In this document: piece after piece, positions 8,878 through 17,950 of the stretch
Layout: each line of letters starts with the position of its first letter
Numbering within the stretch: position 1 is the first letter of the stretch
Source: Pseudohongiellaceae bacterium
GTDB lineage: Bacteria > Pseudomonadota > Gammaproteobacteria > Pseudomonadales > Pseudohongiellaceae
DNA length: 64,000 bases
Assembly (NCBI GenBank): GCA_040880325.1
Contig: JBBDIR010000034.1
Location: 3,790 to 67,789 of the forward strand
Reading direction: 5' to 3'
The notes under the pieces: generated by a model
Seen by the model: only the letters and a program-made list of their open reading frames with translations
Databases searched by the model: none
Told to the model about the DNA's origin: nothing
Program-made: the position numbers and the translations under genes

Positions 8878-9369
8878 TCACATGCCAGGTTCGGATGCGA
8901 GCATGCCGTCGAGCTCTGTTACATAGACGAATACCGGTATGACCAGCTCACTAAGTTGGCTATGCATCATTCCACGCACTTCCAGCCAATCGATTCCGCC
9001 GCTACCGCTGCCTATCTTCCCCATGGCGATAGATGTCAGTCTTTCTTCGACCACAATCTTGTTCAAAGCGCGGAATGCTCTGTTCACGGCAATTTTATTA
9101 GGGCGACTGGGTCGGTTTAGCTCCGGGTCCGACGTCTCACCGATTATCAGATTCAAGACTTTCGTCTTACCGTACCCACCCCATAGCCAGATGTCTCCTG
9201 GCTCTGGGTCTGTTTCCTCGCACCAGTCGCCGAACTGGGCGCGCATGCTCGGAAATTTTTCCTGCAGCTTCCTCGATAGACCTTGGGTCATGGGATCATT
9301 TACCGATACTCCTTGAGCGATCACCTCGGCGCGGCTCATTAGAATATCGCCCTCTACCTCGTAGATCAT
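8878..9369 (-). CDS. macro-domain protein
   Basis: N-terminal GDIL....AEVIAQGV and a later G.IGSGSGGIDW motif resemble ADP-ribose-binding macro domains. Confidence 0.55.
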   Translation of the reverse strand: MIYEVEGDILMSRAEVIAQGVSVNDPMTQGLSRKLQEKFPSMRAQFGDWCEETDPEPGDIWLWGGYGKTKVLNLIIGETSDPELNRPSRPNKIAVNRAFRALNKIVVEERLTSIAMGKIGSGSGGIDWLEVRGMMHSQLSELVIPVFVYVTELDGMLASEPGM

Positions 9370-9385
9370 ATTATCTAGCTCCTAT

Positions 9386-10120
9386 TCAAGTTCTATAGGT
9401 GTCTACAAATCGTTTGAGTAGCAATTGTGCCTGTGGGGAATCCTCGTTTTCAACCGCTGCAATCAATTTATCTGCTGATTCGGCGGGAAAATAGCCGAAG
9501 TCTTTATAGATATTGATACGAATAGTGAAACCCTCAGCATCTGCTTCCGGATGAAACTGTGTTGCATAGATGTTGTTCTTAAGTCTAAACATCTGCACGG
9601 GGCAGGCGCTGTTGCTGGCAAGCAGCACCGCACCTGGCGGTGTCGCATCACAGGCCTCTTTGTGTCCCAGTAATACTTTGAAGGAATCAGGAAAGTCATG
9701 AAGCAGTCGGTCACGCCGTCCTTCGGCGGTGAGCTGAATAGTAGCGCTGCCGACCGGCTCGGCGTATTTGTCGGATATTGGCGCACCCAGATAGGCTCCC
9801 AGCAAACCGTTGCCCGAACAGCAGCCGAGGAAAGGGAAATCTCGGGGTACAACATTATCGAACAAGTCTTTAAACCCGGCTTCAATCTTCAATTGTGTGG
9901 TAGATTTTCTGTCGGCAGCGGTGCTGATATCAAACGGGCTGCCCCCGACGATGATCGCGCAATAGCGGTCGAGATCGATATTCTGCAGGGGAGCTTGTTC
10001 GGCCCGCAATCTATGTACCTCAGCATCGGTTAGACCGCCGTAGCGTTTGATCGCGTCGAATTCATTCTCTGCCGCTGCGTCCTCCTCTCGGAGTTGAACT
10101 ATCAGAATCGGTTTAGTCAT
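9386..10120 (-). CDS. class I glutamine amidotransferase-like protein
   Basis: Nucleophile-elbow-like GCCSGNGLLG and the ATQFHPE motif. I prefer the Met at 10120 (MTKPILIV) to the upstream Met at 10150. Confidence 0.75.
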   Translation of the reverse strand: MTKPILIVQLREEDAAAENEFDAIKRYGGLTDAEVHRLRAEQAPLQNIDLDRYCAIIVGGSPFDISTAADRKSTTQLKIEAGFKDLFDNVVPRDFPFLGCCSGNGLLGAYLGAPISDKYAEPVGSATIQLTAEGRRDRLLHDFPDSFKVLLGHKEACDATPPGAVLLASNSACPVQMFRLKNNIYATQFHPEADAEGFTIRINIYKDFGYFPAESADKLIAAVENEDSPQAQLLLKRFVDTYRT

Positions 10121-10378
10121 AGCTGGTAGCGCCAGTTTACAGCCATGCAATCATCGGGAAACGAGTAAAGAGCGGCTGAGAAATCGGCGTGTGTGTGCTT
10201 GGACGTGTTCAAAATTAGTTCCTGCTATCAGCTTCCGTGTAAAGGGTGAACCCCTTTAGCATTCTTACACATTCCCGTTACGCGGTGAAAGGTAGTGAGC
10301 AGATTCGCGCTGCCGTTCGCTATTGATGCTATAGTGTGCGCCGCGCGGCAATCACTGGAACTACTCCCGAGTATCGAC

Positions 10379-10918
10379 ATGGCAATCAAGCCGACAATCT
10401 ATAAACTCAAGTTATCGCTTAGCGACCTGAATCGGGATATCTACGACTCGCACAGTCTAACTCTTGCTCGGCACCCATCTGAGACAATGGAGAGAATGAT
10501 GGTGCGGGTGTTAGCATTCTGTCTGAACAGCCGCGATCAGCTGGTCTTTTGTAAAGGCCTTAGCGATACCGAAGAGCCAGACCTGTGGTCTCATACATTG
10601 GATGGTAATCTTCAGTTGTGGGTCGATGTAGGAGAACCATCACCGGGGCGAGCGAAAAAAGCCAGTCGCCTTGCACAGCGGGTGCGAGTCTATAGCTTCA
10701 ATCATAAGGCGCCGACGTGGTGGCAGCAGAACCTGGCTCAGTTGACTAAATTGCCAGTCGATGTGTATCGATTTGACTGGGAGCAGATACAGACGCTAGC
10801 TTCGATTAGCGATCGCGGAACTGAGCTCTCAATAACAATTTCGGGCGACTCGATATATGTCGCCAGCGAACTGGGTGAGTGTGAACTTCTGTTAGAAACT
10901 TTGCAGGAAAATCCATAA
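10379..10918 (+). CDS. yaeQ: YaeQ-family protein
   Basis: MAIKPTIYKLKLSLSDLNRDIYDSHSLTLARHPSET is the canonical YaeQ N-terminus. The listed ORF begins 28 codons upstream. Confidence 0.85.
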   Translation: MAIKPTIYKLKLSLSDLNRDIYDSHSLTLARHPSETMERMMVRVLAFCLNSRDQLVFCKGLSDTEEPDLWSHTLDGNLQLWVDVGEPSPGRAKKASRLAQRVRVYSFNHKAPTWWQQNLAQLTKLPVDVYRFDWEQIQTLASISDRGTELSITISGDSIYVASELGECELLLETLQENP

Positions 10919-10931
10919 GGAAAATCCATAA
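10906..10931. repeat. 13-bp perfect tandem duplication containing the yaeQ stop codon
   Basis: GGAAAATCCATAA occurs twice. The TAA of the first copy (10916-10918) is the yaeQ stop. Confidence 0.9.
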
Positions 10932-10953
10932 GATAGAAGAACACGAGTAATTT

Positions 10954-11340
10954 ATGACAGAAAACAAGAACAGTTCAACCGAATCCGATTATAAAGCTCA
11001 GCTCATTGAGCTAAGCAGGCAACCAATCGAGCTGTATAAGATTCTGAAATTTGAAGGCCTGGTCGGCAGCGGCGGGGAAGCAAAGGCCGTGATAGCGGGT
11101 GGTCTCGTGATGGTGAACGATGCCATCGAAACACAGAAACGCAAGAAAATTGTCTCGGGTGATACTATCCGATTCGGTGAGAATCTCTATCGAATACATT
11201 GCGAATTCGAAGCGGAGCCTGTGGAGGTCAAGGAAGAGAAGGTGGCCGAGAAGGCGAAAAAGAAGCCCAAAGTGAAAGATTGGCGCAAGCGAACCCGCGC
11301 TAAACAAGCAGGCCGTAAGGCCATCGGCATCAAGAAATGA
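10954..11340 (+). CDS. S4-domain RNA-binding protein (YbcJ-like) with Lys-rich tail
   Basis: LYKILKFEGLVGSGGEAKAVIAGGLVMVNDAIETQKRKKI resembles an S4-like domain. The C-terminus is basic. Confidence 0.75.
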   Translation: MTENKNSSTESDYKAQLIELSRQPIELYKILKFEGLVGSGGEAKAVIAGGLVMVNDAIETQKRKKIVSGDTIRFGENLYRIHCEFEAEPVEVKEEKVAEKAKKKPKVKDWRKRTRAKQAGRKAIGIKK

Positions 11341-11346
11341 AGACAC

Positions 11347-11805
11347 ATGACTAACAACGATTGCCTAAGGCGCATACGCTACATACTCGATTTCGATGAC
11401 AGCAGGATGATCGCTATCTTTGCCCTCGTGGGTGTAGAGGTCGATCGCAGACAAGTCTCTGCCTGGCTTAAACAAGATGACAGCCCAGACTTCGAAGAAT
11501 GTGACGACCCATCGTTCGCCGCCTTTCTAAATGGATTGATCATCGCCCTGCGTGGCGAGAAGGAAGGCGGTCCTGGGCCAGCCGAGACTCAGCTAAGCAA
11601 CAATATGGTGTTTATGAAATTGAAGATAGCCCTCAACCTGAAGGCGGATGAGATCCTGCAGATACTAGCGTCCGCGGATCAACTCATTAGCAAACACGAG
11701 CTGAGCGCATTCTTTCGACGACCAGGCCATAAACACTACCGCGAGTGCAAAGATCAGATTCTTAGAAACTTCCTTAATGGCCTGCGCATCAACTACAGGG
11801 AATAG
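11347..11805 (+). CDS. DUF1456 (YehS-like) protein
   Basis: Two repeats of the NNDCLRRIRY.L.. type. The gene starts 7 bp after the S4-domain gene. Confidence 0.7.
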   Translation: MTNNDCLRRIRYILDFDDSRMIAIFALVGVEVDRRQVSAWLKQDDSPDFEECDDPSFAAFLNGLIIALRGEKEGGPGPAETQLSNNMVFMKLKIALNLKADEILQILASADQLISKHELSAFFRRPGHKHYRECKDQILRNFLNGLRINYRE

Positions 11806-11942
11806 GCCATTCACCATTCGTGAAGGTGATAAGATTATTCATTAAGGATTTCGGCTGGAATCCCGTTATACCTTGTGAGGGAGTGACTTTCAGTTTAGTT
11901 CAACCTCAACAAATCCAAAATCCCCATGGCTCAAGTGCATAG

Positions 11943-14207
11943 ATGATCCTCGCAACCCCACAAGCTCCAGATCTTGCTCACAAAAGCCAGAGCGCCTATT
12001 CCTGTTCGGCTCTGCTGGCCGCGTGCCTGTGTTGCCTGTCTGCATTGGCCAATGCTCAAATAGCTACGATTGATTTAAGCGCCCAACGTGACTTCGTATA
12101 TCAGGATGGAGTCTATCCGACAATCGGAGAATCGATTCTTCCCTTTGTAGTAACCGTGTCCAATCCAGGCGTCTCCACGATCAATGACCTCGAATTCACT
12201 GTGGCCATTAGTGCAGGTGCCAGTGTAGGCAATGTTGACAGCGAGTGCATCGTAAGTGAGGAGCCCTTAGTTCTATTGACCTGCAATATAGACGAGCTTA
12301 AGGCTAACCGAAGCAAGATCATCGACTTTTACGTCGATGGCCCTAACTCTCTTGACGTGGGTGAGGGTTTCTCTGTTTCCATTGAATCCAGCGATGCAAC
12401 CGTGCTCGAACCAGACGCCGTAGAGGCTACGCTAGCCGATGGTGACAGGGAGATTCGCGGAGCCAATTTATCTGTTCATCTGGTGCGTAATATTGATCTC
12501 GATATCAATCAAAATTCAGTGCCCGATCTAGATGAGGCGATAATGAATCTGCCCGCTTCGACCCCCGTCGATGAGCTGCTAGCGCGTGAGGCGGTTGTTG
12601 ATGTTCTTTTTATACATTCACCCGCCGCTTCTGACTATCTTGGAAGAAAACTAAAAGATCGAGCGGATCAAATTATATCCATTGCCAATCAAGTGTTCCG
12701 CGAAAATGATGTGGCCATTAAGTTCAATGGCGTGGGCCTTGAAGAGATTTCCTATACAGCAACCGACACGAACATTCTAAATACCTTTGAAGCTTTGCAG
12801 GGAAGAACTGACCCAGCCTTCGATGAGATCGAGAATCTGATCACCTTATCAGGAGGCGACATCGTAGTCATGATGCATGTGGTTGATACTAATACCGCAG
12901 CCGAATGCGGTTGGACTTCTCTGAATGCAGTCGGACGACAGGGTGATTTTCAGACTATTTATCATCAGGGCAGGCTTGTATCTGCCATTAATTTTGGGCC
13001 TGATTGTATCGGTACAATCGATCTTGCTCCAGTCTTTGCCAGCAATATGGGCATCGCGCGAGAACGTCAACGAAGTCCCGATGGTGGTACGTTCTCTTAT
13101 TCCGCAGGCTACGGAATCACGGATGCGTTCCTCACACTGGGTGCAGCAATTGGCACGTCCTCACTCGGTTCAGCATTTCCAATAGGCAGATTTTCCAATC
13201 CCGAGAGTTTCTGCCTGGGTATAGCCTGCGGCGTAGATCGAAACGATACTGCAAATGGCGCCGATGCCGTCTACTCGATGAACAAAACTCGCCACCTGGT
13301 GAGTGCACTATCACCTACAGTCTTTCATATAGAGCCTTCTGCTATAGAAGATAAAATTTCTCTGCTCGCGAATGTTTACGATCTGGAAGTCGTACAGACC
13401 ACAGTCGAAACTGATGCACTGATTAACGAGTTCACTGAGATCGATGTGAGGGTGACGAACAGATCGTCAGTGACCCTAAGCAATATCGATCTGCAATTTG
13501 CGCATGTGAATGCGGGTTTAATAGTGGAAGAGGAGCACAACTATGAGACCTCATCGAGCCTGTGCACGATACTCGGTAGCAGGCTATCTACCACTGAGCT
13601 TGTTGTCGGTGATGCGATACAGAAGACCGGGACCTTAACTTGCACTATCGAGAGTATTGCGCCGGGTGAGTCATTATCTTTTGACTACAGGGTACAGATC
13701 GACTCAACGCCCCCTCTGCTCAACAACGAAGCCTACTATCACGAGGTGGTGGAGGTGAACGGTGCGCCGCAGTTGGAATCTCTGGTTTGCATACCAGTAT
13801 TCCCGACCTTTGTAGAGGCCAACGCCGGTAGTTCGGTGTGTAATGCAGTGCAAGGCATAACGCTTGGTTTTGGGCCCCAAAGCCTGGCCAATTTGGATCA
13901 GGTAGCTACGGTCACTGGCAGACAACTCTCTGTGCCCTTTATCAGGCTCGACGATGGTAGCCTCGTCAGTGCAGAGTTTCAGATTACGTTCTTTGGTGAA
14001 GTGCGATTCGAATTGCTATCCTATCAAGAGCTCGACAGCTCGATAGTGCCTGTCGTTGAAGCCAGCTTGACCAGCGTTGGTGTACTCAGCCTGCCTAACC
14101 TGCTAGTCGGTGGCATCAATTACGACATTGAGGCGGCGCTCGAACCGAATTCAAATCCTGTTCGATTTGGCTCGCTGAACATTGCAGCGCTGAGTTCTAG
14201 CCCCTAA
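11943..14207 (+). CDS. large exported protein with a reprolysin/M12B-like central domain that lacks the HExxH zinc site
   Basis: Family-like blocks are present: VDVLFIHSPAA, NQVF.ENDVAIKF, GGDIVVMMH, CGWTSL, YSAGYG, FSNPESFCLGIACG and NGADAVYSMNKTRHLVS. At the position where HExxHxxGxxH is expected, the sequence is PVFASNMGIARE. Confidence 0.55.
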   Translation: MILATPQAPDLAHKSQSAYSCSALLAACLCCLSALANAQIATIDLSAQRDFVYQDGVYPTIGESILPFVVTVSNPGVSTINDLEFTVAISAGASVGNVDSECIVSEEPLVLLTCNIDELKANRSKIIDFYVDGPNSLDVGEGFSVSIESSDATVLEPDAVEATLADGDREIRGANLSVHLVRNIDLDINQNSVPDLDEAIMNLPASTPVDELLAREAVVDVLFIHSPAASDYLGRKLKDRADQIISIANQVFRENDVAIKFNGVGLEEISYTATDTNILNTFEALQGRTDPAFDEIENLITLSGGDIVVMMHVVDTNTAAECGWTSLNAVGRQGDFQTIYHQGRLVSAINFGPDCIGTIDLAPVFASNMGIARERQRSPDGGTFSYSAGYGITDAFLTLGAAIGTSSLGSAFPIGRFSNPESFCLGIACGVDRNDTANGADAVYSMNKTRHLVSALSPTVFHIEPSAIEDKISLLANVYDLEVVQTTVETDALINEFTEIDVRVTNRSSVTLSNIDLQFAHVNAGLIVEEEHNYETSSSLCTILGSRLSTTELVVGDAIQKTGTLTCTIESIAPGESLSFDYRVQIDSTPPLLNNEAYYHEVVEVNGAPQLESLVCIPVFPTFVEANAGSSVCNAVQGITLGFGPQSLANLDQVATVTGRQLSVPFIRLDDGSLVSAEFQITFFGEVRFELLSYQELDSSIVPVVEASLTSVGVLSLPNLLVGGINYDIEAALEPNSNPVRFGSLNIAALSSSP

Positions 14208-14231
14208 CACCTAACACCTAGCCCCTAGACC
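14197..14231. repeat. five tandem heptads CTA(G/A)NCC between convergent genes
   Basis: CTAGCCC CTAACAC CTAACAC CTAGCCC CTAGACC. The array contains the stop codons of both flanking genes (TAA at 14205-14207 on +, CTA at 14225-14227 on -). Confidence 0.85.
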
Positions 14232-15679
14232 CCGCCGAGGGAATGAAACTTCGTCTCATAAAAATCGGCAATACCTTCCTTGCCACCCTCCGAGCCTATA
14301 CCCGACTGCTTCCAGCCACCAAATGGGGCGACCTCAGTAGAAAAAACGCCGGAGTTTGAACAGACGATGCCGTACTGGAGCTCTTCGGACACGCGCATGA
14401 CTCTGCCAATGTCGCGGGTGAAGAAGTAGGCGGCGAGCCCATATTCTGTTGCGTTAGCCCTGGCTACTACCTCCTTCTCGGTAGTGAAAGTCTGCACAGC
14501 CGCTATCGGACCGAAAATCTCCTCATTCGCCAGTCGCATGGAATTGTCGATATTGCTGAGCAGTGTTGGCTGGTAGAAGTTCTGTCCGAGTTCGTGGCGT
14601 GCGCCTCCGATCAGCAGCTTTGCGCCTTTTGCTATGGCATCCGACATCAAAGCATCCATTTTCTCGAGTGCCTGATTGTTTATCAGCGGGCCAATCTCGG
14701 CGCCTTCCTGGAAACCGTCGGCTACTTTTAACCTGGCTATGCTTTGATGTAACTTCTCGGTGAACTCGTCCGCAATACTCTGCTGCACGAAAATACGGTT
14801 GGTGCAAACACAGGTCTGACCACAGTTACGAAACTTGGTCGCGACGCAATGCGTGACGGCCGCGTCTATATCAGCGTCTTCGAATACGATGAAGGGGGCA
14901 TTGCCGCCTAGTTCGAGTGAGACCTTCTTCACGGTGGTAGCACACTGGGCCATCAGAATCTTACCCACAGCGGTGGAGCCGGTGAAGGTGAACTTCGCGA
15001 TCTTCTCGTGTTGAGTTAACACTTCACCTATTGCCTGACTATCGCTGCCCACAACTACGTTCAGTACGCCGGCAGGAATACCAGCCCGTTGTGCGAGTTC
15101 ACACAGGGCGAGGGCGGAGAGCGGAGTTCCAGCGTCAGGTTTTAATACAACGGTGCAACCTGCCGCCATCGCGGGTGCGGCCTTGCGAGTTATCATCGCG
15201 TTGGGGAAATTCCAGGGCGTTATGCAAGCAACGACACCGACCGGCTGCTTGTAGACTTGCAGGCGTCGGTCATTAGCTACGGTGGGAATGATATCTCCCA
15301 TCACCCGTTTACATTCCTCGGCATAGAACTCGATGAAGCCGGCGCCATACTTTACCTCGCCGATCGCCTCGGCCAGGGGTTTGCCCTGTTCGGCGGTCAT
15401 CAGAGCGCCGAGGTCGTCCGCGTTGAGAAGAATCAATTCATACCAGCGCCGTAGATAGGCCGAGCGTTCCTTTGCGGTGAGTTTGCTCCAGCTCTCAAAC
15501 GCTGTCGCAGCAGCCTCTACCGCGACCCGCGCATCGTCGGCATTGCCGTCAACTGTCTTGGCGATAAGCTCACCGTTTGCCGGATTAAATATTTCAATGT
15601 GGCCAGACCCGCCTGCTACCCATTCACCATTGACGAAATTTTCGGTTCTAAACAGAGAAGAATCCTGAAGCTTGATCAT
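14225..15679 (-). CDS. gabD: NAD(P)-dependent succinate-semialdehyde dehydrogenase
   Basis: 484 aa. Aldehyde dehydrogenase motifs ELGGNAP and FRNCGQTCVC are present, and similarity to GabD runs throughout. Confidence 0.9.
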   Translation of the reverse strand: MIKLQDSSLFRTENFVNGEWVAGGSGHIEIFNPANGELIAKTVDGNADDARVAVEAAATAFESWSKLTAKERSAYLRRWYELILLNADDLGALMTAEQGKPLAEAIGEVKYGAGFIEFYAEECKRVMGDIIPTVANDRRLQVYKQPVGVVACITPWNFPNAMITRKAAPAMAAGCTVVLKPDAGTPLSALALCELAQRAGIPAGVLNVVVGSDSQAIGEVLTQHEKIAKFTFTGSTAVGKILMAQCATTVKKVSLELGGNAPFIVFEDADIDAAVTHCVATKFRNCGQTCVCTNRIFVQQSIADEFTEKLHQSIARLKVADGFQEGAEIGPLINNQALEKMDALMSDAIAKGAKLLIGGARHELGQNFYQPTLLSNIDNSMRLANEEIFGPIAAVQTFTTEKEVVARANATEYGLAAYFFTRDIGRVMRVSEELQYGIVCSNSGVFSTEVAPFGGWKQSGIGSEGGKEGIADFYETKFHSLGGV

Positions 15680-15833
15680 GTCGATTGTCTCGAAAGTTTT
15701 AAAATAGTGTTAAGCATTAGGGCTTGCTAGAGCAGCTGAGCTATCCTCGGTACTGCCTGATCTTTCTAGAATATATATCCTACTGTAGCTCATTCGATGC
15801 GCTCAACTCTACATCAAGTTGCAGACTTGGGGG

Positions 15834-15854
15834 CTTGCGGATTTGCGGATTTGC
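15834..15854. repeat. 8-bp tandem repeat (TTGCGGAT-like, 2.6 copies)
   Basis: cTTGCGGA tTTGCGGA tTTGC, upstream of the CaCA gene. Confidence 0.6.
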
Positions 15855-15918
15855 TAAAGTTTCGAGTATGTTATGTTTCAGAGCCAACACCAGTAGCCAT
15901 TACTTTGCTATGCTTTAG

Positions 15919-16923
15919 TTGAAAATAATAAGCAAGCTACGGAGAACTCGTACAATCACCGTCCTGTTTTTAATTCTTGGATTACTGTTATTGCTTGGTG
16001 GCGGAGCGGCAATGGTGCGTGGCGCATCAGGCATTGCCCAGGGCTATGGCGTCCCACCATTGGTGGTCGGCTTAACCGTCGTCGCCTTTGGCACCAGCGC
16101 CCCGGAGTTGGTAGTCAATGTGTTGGGTGTATTGGAAGGCCAAACAGAACTCGCCTTCGGAAATATCTCCGGCTCCAATTTAGCAAATCTCGGTCTGGTG
16201 CTTGGTTCGGCCGCGATCATTACACCGATGTCATTACAGGGCAAAATCATCCGCAGAGAGCTACCGCTATTACTGTTAGGCACAACAGTTCTCTTATTCA
16301 TGATGCTAGATCCATTACTGCGCAGTGAGAGATCGATTATCGATCGCTCCGATGGCCTGGTCATGTTGCTGCTCTTCGGCATCTTTATCTACCTGATCCT
16401 TATGGATTTTGTGGGGCAGCAGCAGGATCCCTTTTTTACCACGATCGACGGTCTGGATATCGTTTCCCATGCCGAGAAGAGAACTAACTGGATTTTGGTG
16501 CTTGGCGGAGTCGCAGCCCTCGCCGTCGGTGGACAGGTAACAATCGATCAGGGAACCCTATTGGCTGAGGCTCTGGGAGTACCTCCCGTGATCATCGGTA
16601 TGCTGGTGCTGGCGATCGGCACAAGCCTGCCGGAACTGATTACTTCCATCTTCGCCGCCATGCGCAGAGAGGCCGACCTCTGCGTGGGCAACGTGATCGG
16701 TTCCAATATATTCAACAGCTTGTTCATTCTGCCCATTAGTGCGCTTGTAGCCCCACTGACGGTTCCGGATGGGGGGGTGTTGGATATTCTGGTGTCCCTC
16801 ATCTTTGCTGTCTTCTTGATTCCAATATTCATCTTTGGCAGGGCGTTGATGAGCCGGCAGTTCGGTATCCTGTTCGTCGTTGCCTATATTGGCTATATGA
16901 TTTTCAGAGTGCTCAATGCTTAA
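15919..16923 (+). CDS. Ca2+/Na+ antiporter (CaCA family, YrbG-like)
   Basis: Two alpha-repeat motifs (GTSAPELVV and GTSLPELITS). The only start that keeps TM1 is the TTG at 15919. Confidence 0.85.
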   Translation: MKIISKLRRTRTITVLFLILGLLLLLGGGAAMVRGASGIAQGYGVPPLVVGLTVVAFGTSAPELVVNVLGVLEGQTELAFGNISGSNLANLGLVLGSAAIITPMSLQGKIIRRELPLLLLGTTVLLFMMLDPLLRSERSIIDRSDGLVMLLLFGIFIYLILMDFVGQQQDPFFTTIDGLDIVSHAEKRTNWILVLGGVAALAVGGQVTIDQGTLLAEALGVPPVIIGMLVLAIGTSLPELITSIFAAMRREADLCVGNVIGSNIFNSLFILPISALVAPLTVPDGGVLDILVSLIFAVFLIPIFIFGRALMSRQFGILFVVAYIGYMIFRVLNA

Positions 16924-17043
16924 CTTCTCCGCTAGCAACGCAGAGTGTCTAGCGTCGTTGAAGGGTGACAGGAAAAGGCGCGCTATATTAAGCAAAGAAC
17001 AGCAGCTATGATGATTAATTATTAATAGAAAAGTATCTCGTCT

Positions 17044-17793
17044 ATGAAGAATGCAGAGTTCAAAGGCATGTGGGAGAAGATGCAGGAGAAAGATTACTTC
17101 GCCAATCATCCTCATTATTCTGATCATTTCGGCAGTAGCCCTTCGAAGGACGAGCTAGCGCTGGACAGGAAAATGCTGTCACTCGATTTCACGCAGAATG
17201 AAATAACCATGCCGATACCCTATTCGGACGCTCTAGAAAGAAGCGTGAAACGAACAGAGTCAGTGTGGCTGTATGAGATGTTTGCACTGCCCAAGGCTGG
17301 AGTCGCCCTGGATGTTGGATGTGGATTTGGTAGATCAGTTAAATGGATGGCGCAACATTATAGTCGTGTCATCGGTACGGATATCTCGGAGAATGTAATT
17401 TCCAAAGCAAGGGCAAATTGTGCGGCCTTGCAAAATGTTGAATTCTTCACCAACGACTCAAACTCGATTGCTGCTGATATCGAACCCGCTAGTATCGATG
17501 TCGCTTACATATTCACCGTGTTCCAGCATATCCCACGCGAATTTTCCGTAGATATTCTAAGCAGTGTAGGCAAGGTGCTTCGGGGTAACGGGAAAGTTGT
17601 GTTCAATCTGTTATCGAATATCAATGAAGATCTGAATTCTGGTATAGAGGGTACGGAGTGGGCTATAGGCTACAGCGAGGAGCAAGCCGCCAAACTTGTC
17701 GAACAATCCGGCCTCCATCTGGATAAAATTGTTAGTTGGTCCAGGCCAGAGACTGAAGTGCGTTGGTTATGGGTTTGTGCCCGCGCCGATTGA
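17044..17793 (+). CDS. class I SAM-dependent methyltransferase
   Basis: Motif I LDVGCGFGR, with the acidic residue of the following beta-strand in IGTDIS. Confidence 0.7.
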   Translation: MKNAEFKGMWEKMQEKDYFANHPHYSDHFGSSPSKDELALDRKMLSLDFTQNEITMPIPYSDALERSVKRTESVWLYEMFALPKAGVALDVGCGFGRSVKWMAQHYSRVIGTDISENVISKARANCAALQNVEFFTNDSNSIAADIEPASIDVAYIFTVFQHIPREFSVDILSSVGKVLRGNGKVVFNLLSNINEDLNSGIEGTEWAIGYSEEQAAKLVEQSGLHLDKIVSWSRPETEVRWLWVCARAD

Positions 17794-17950
17794 TTTCTAA
17801 TTTGGAGATTGAGCAATATTGCATGATGATTTTAGTATTTTTCTGAAGCAGAATAAATAGTTACAAGCCACCTGCTATTGCGCAGTCTTCGAACAGCTAT
17901 GGGGCGCCTCGGATGTAGATAAGGAATCTATTTTCTACGCAATGTATACA

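Noticed and set aside
16558-17127. 189-aa ORF antisense to the CaCA antiporter
   Set aside because: The sense-strand gene has both alpha-repeat signatures. The antisense product is His/Arg-rich with no recognisable domain.
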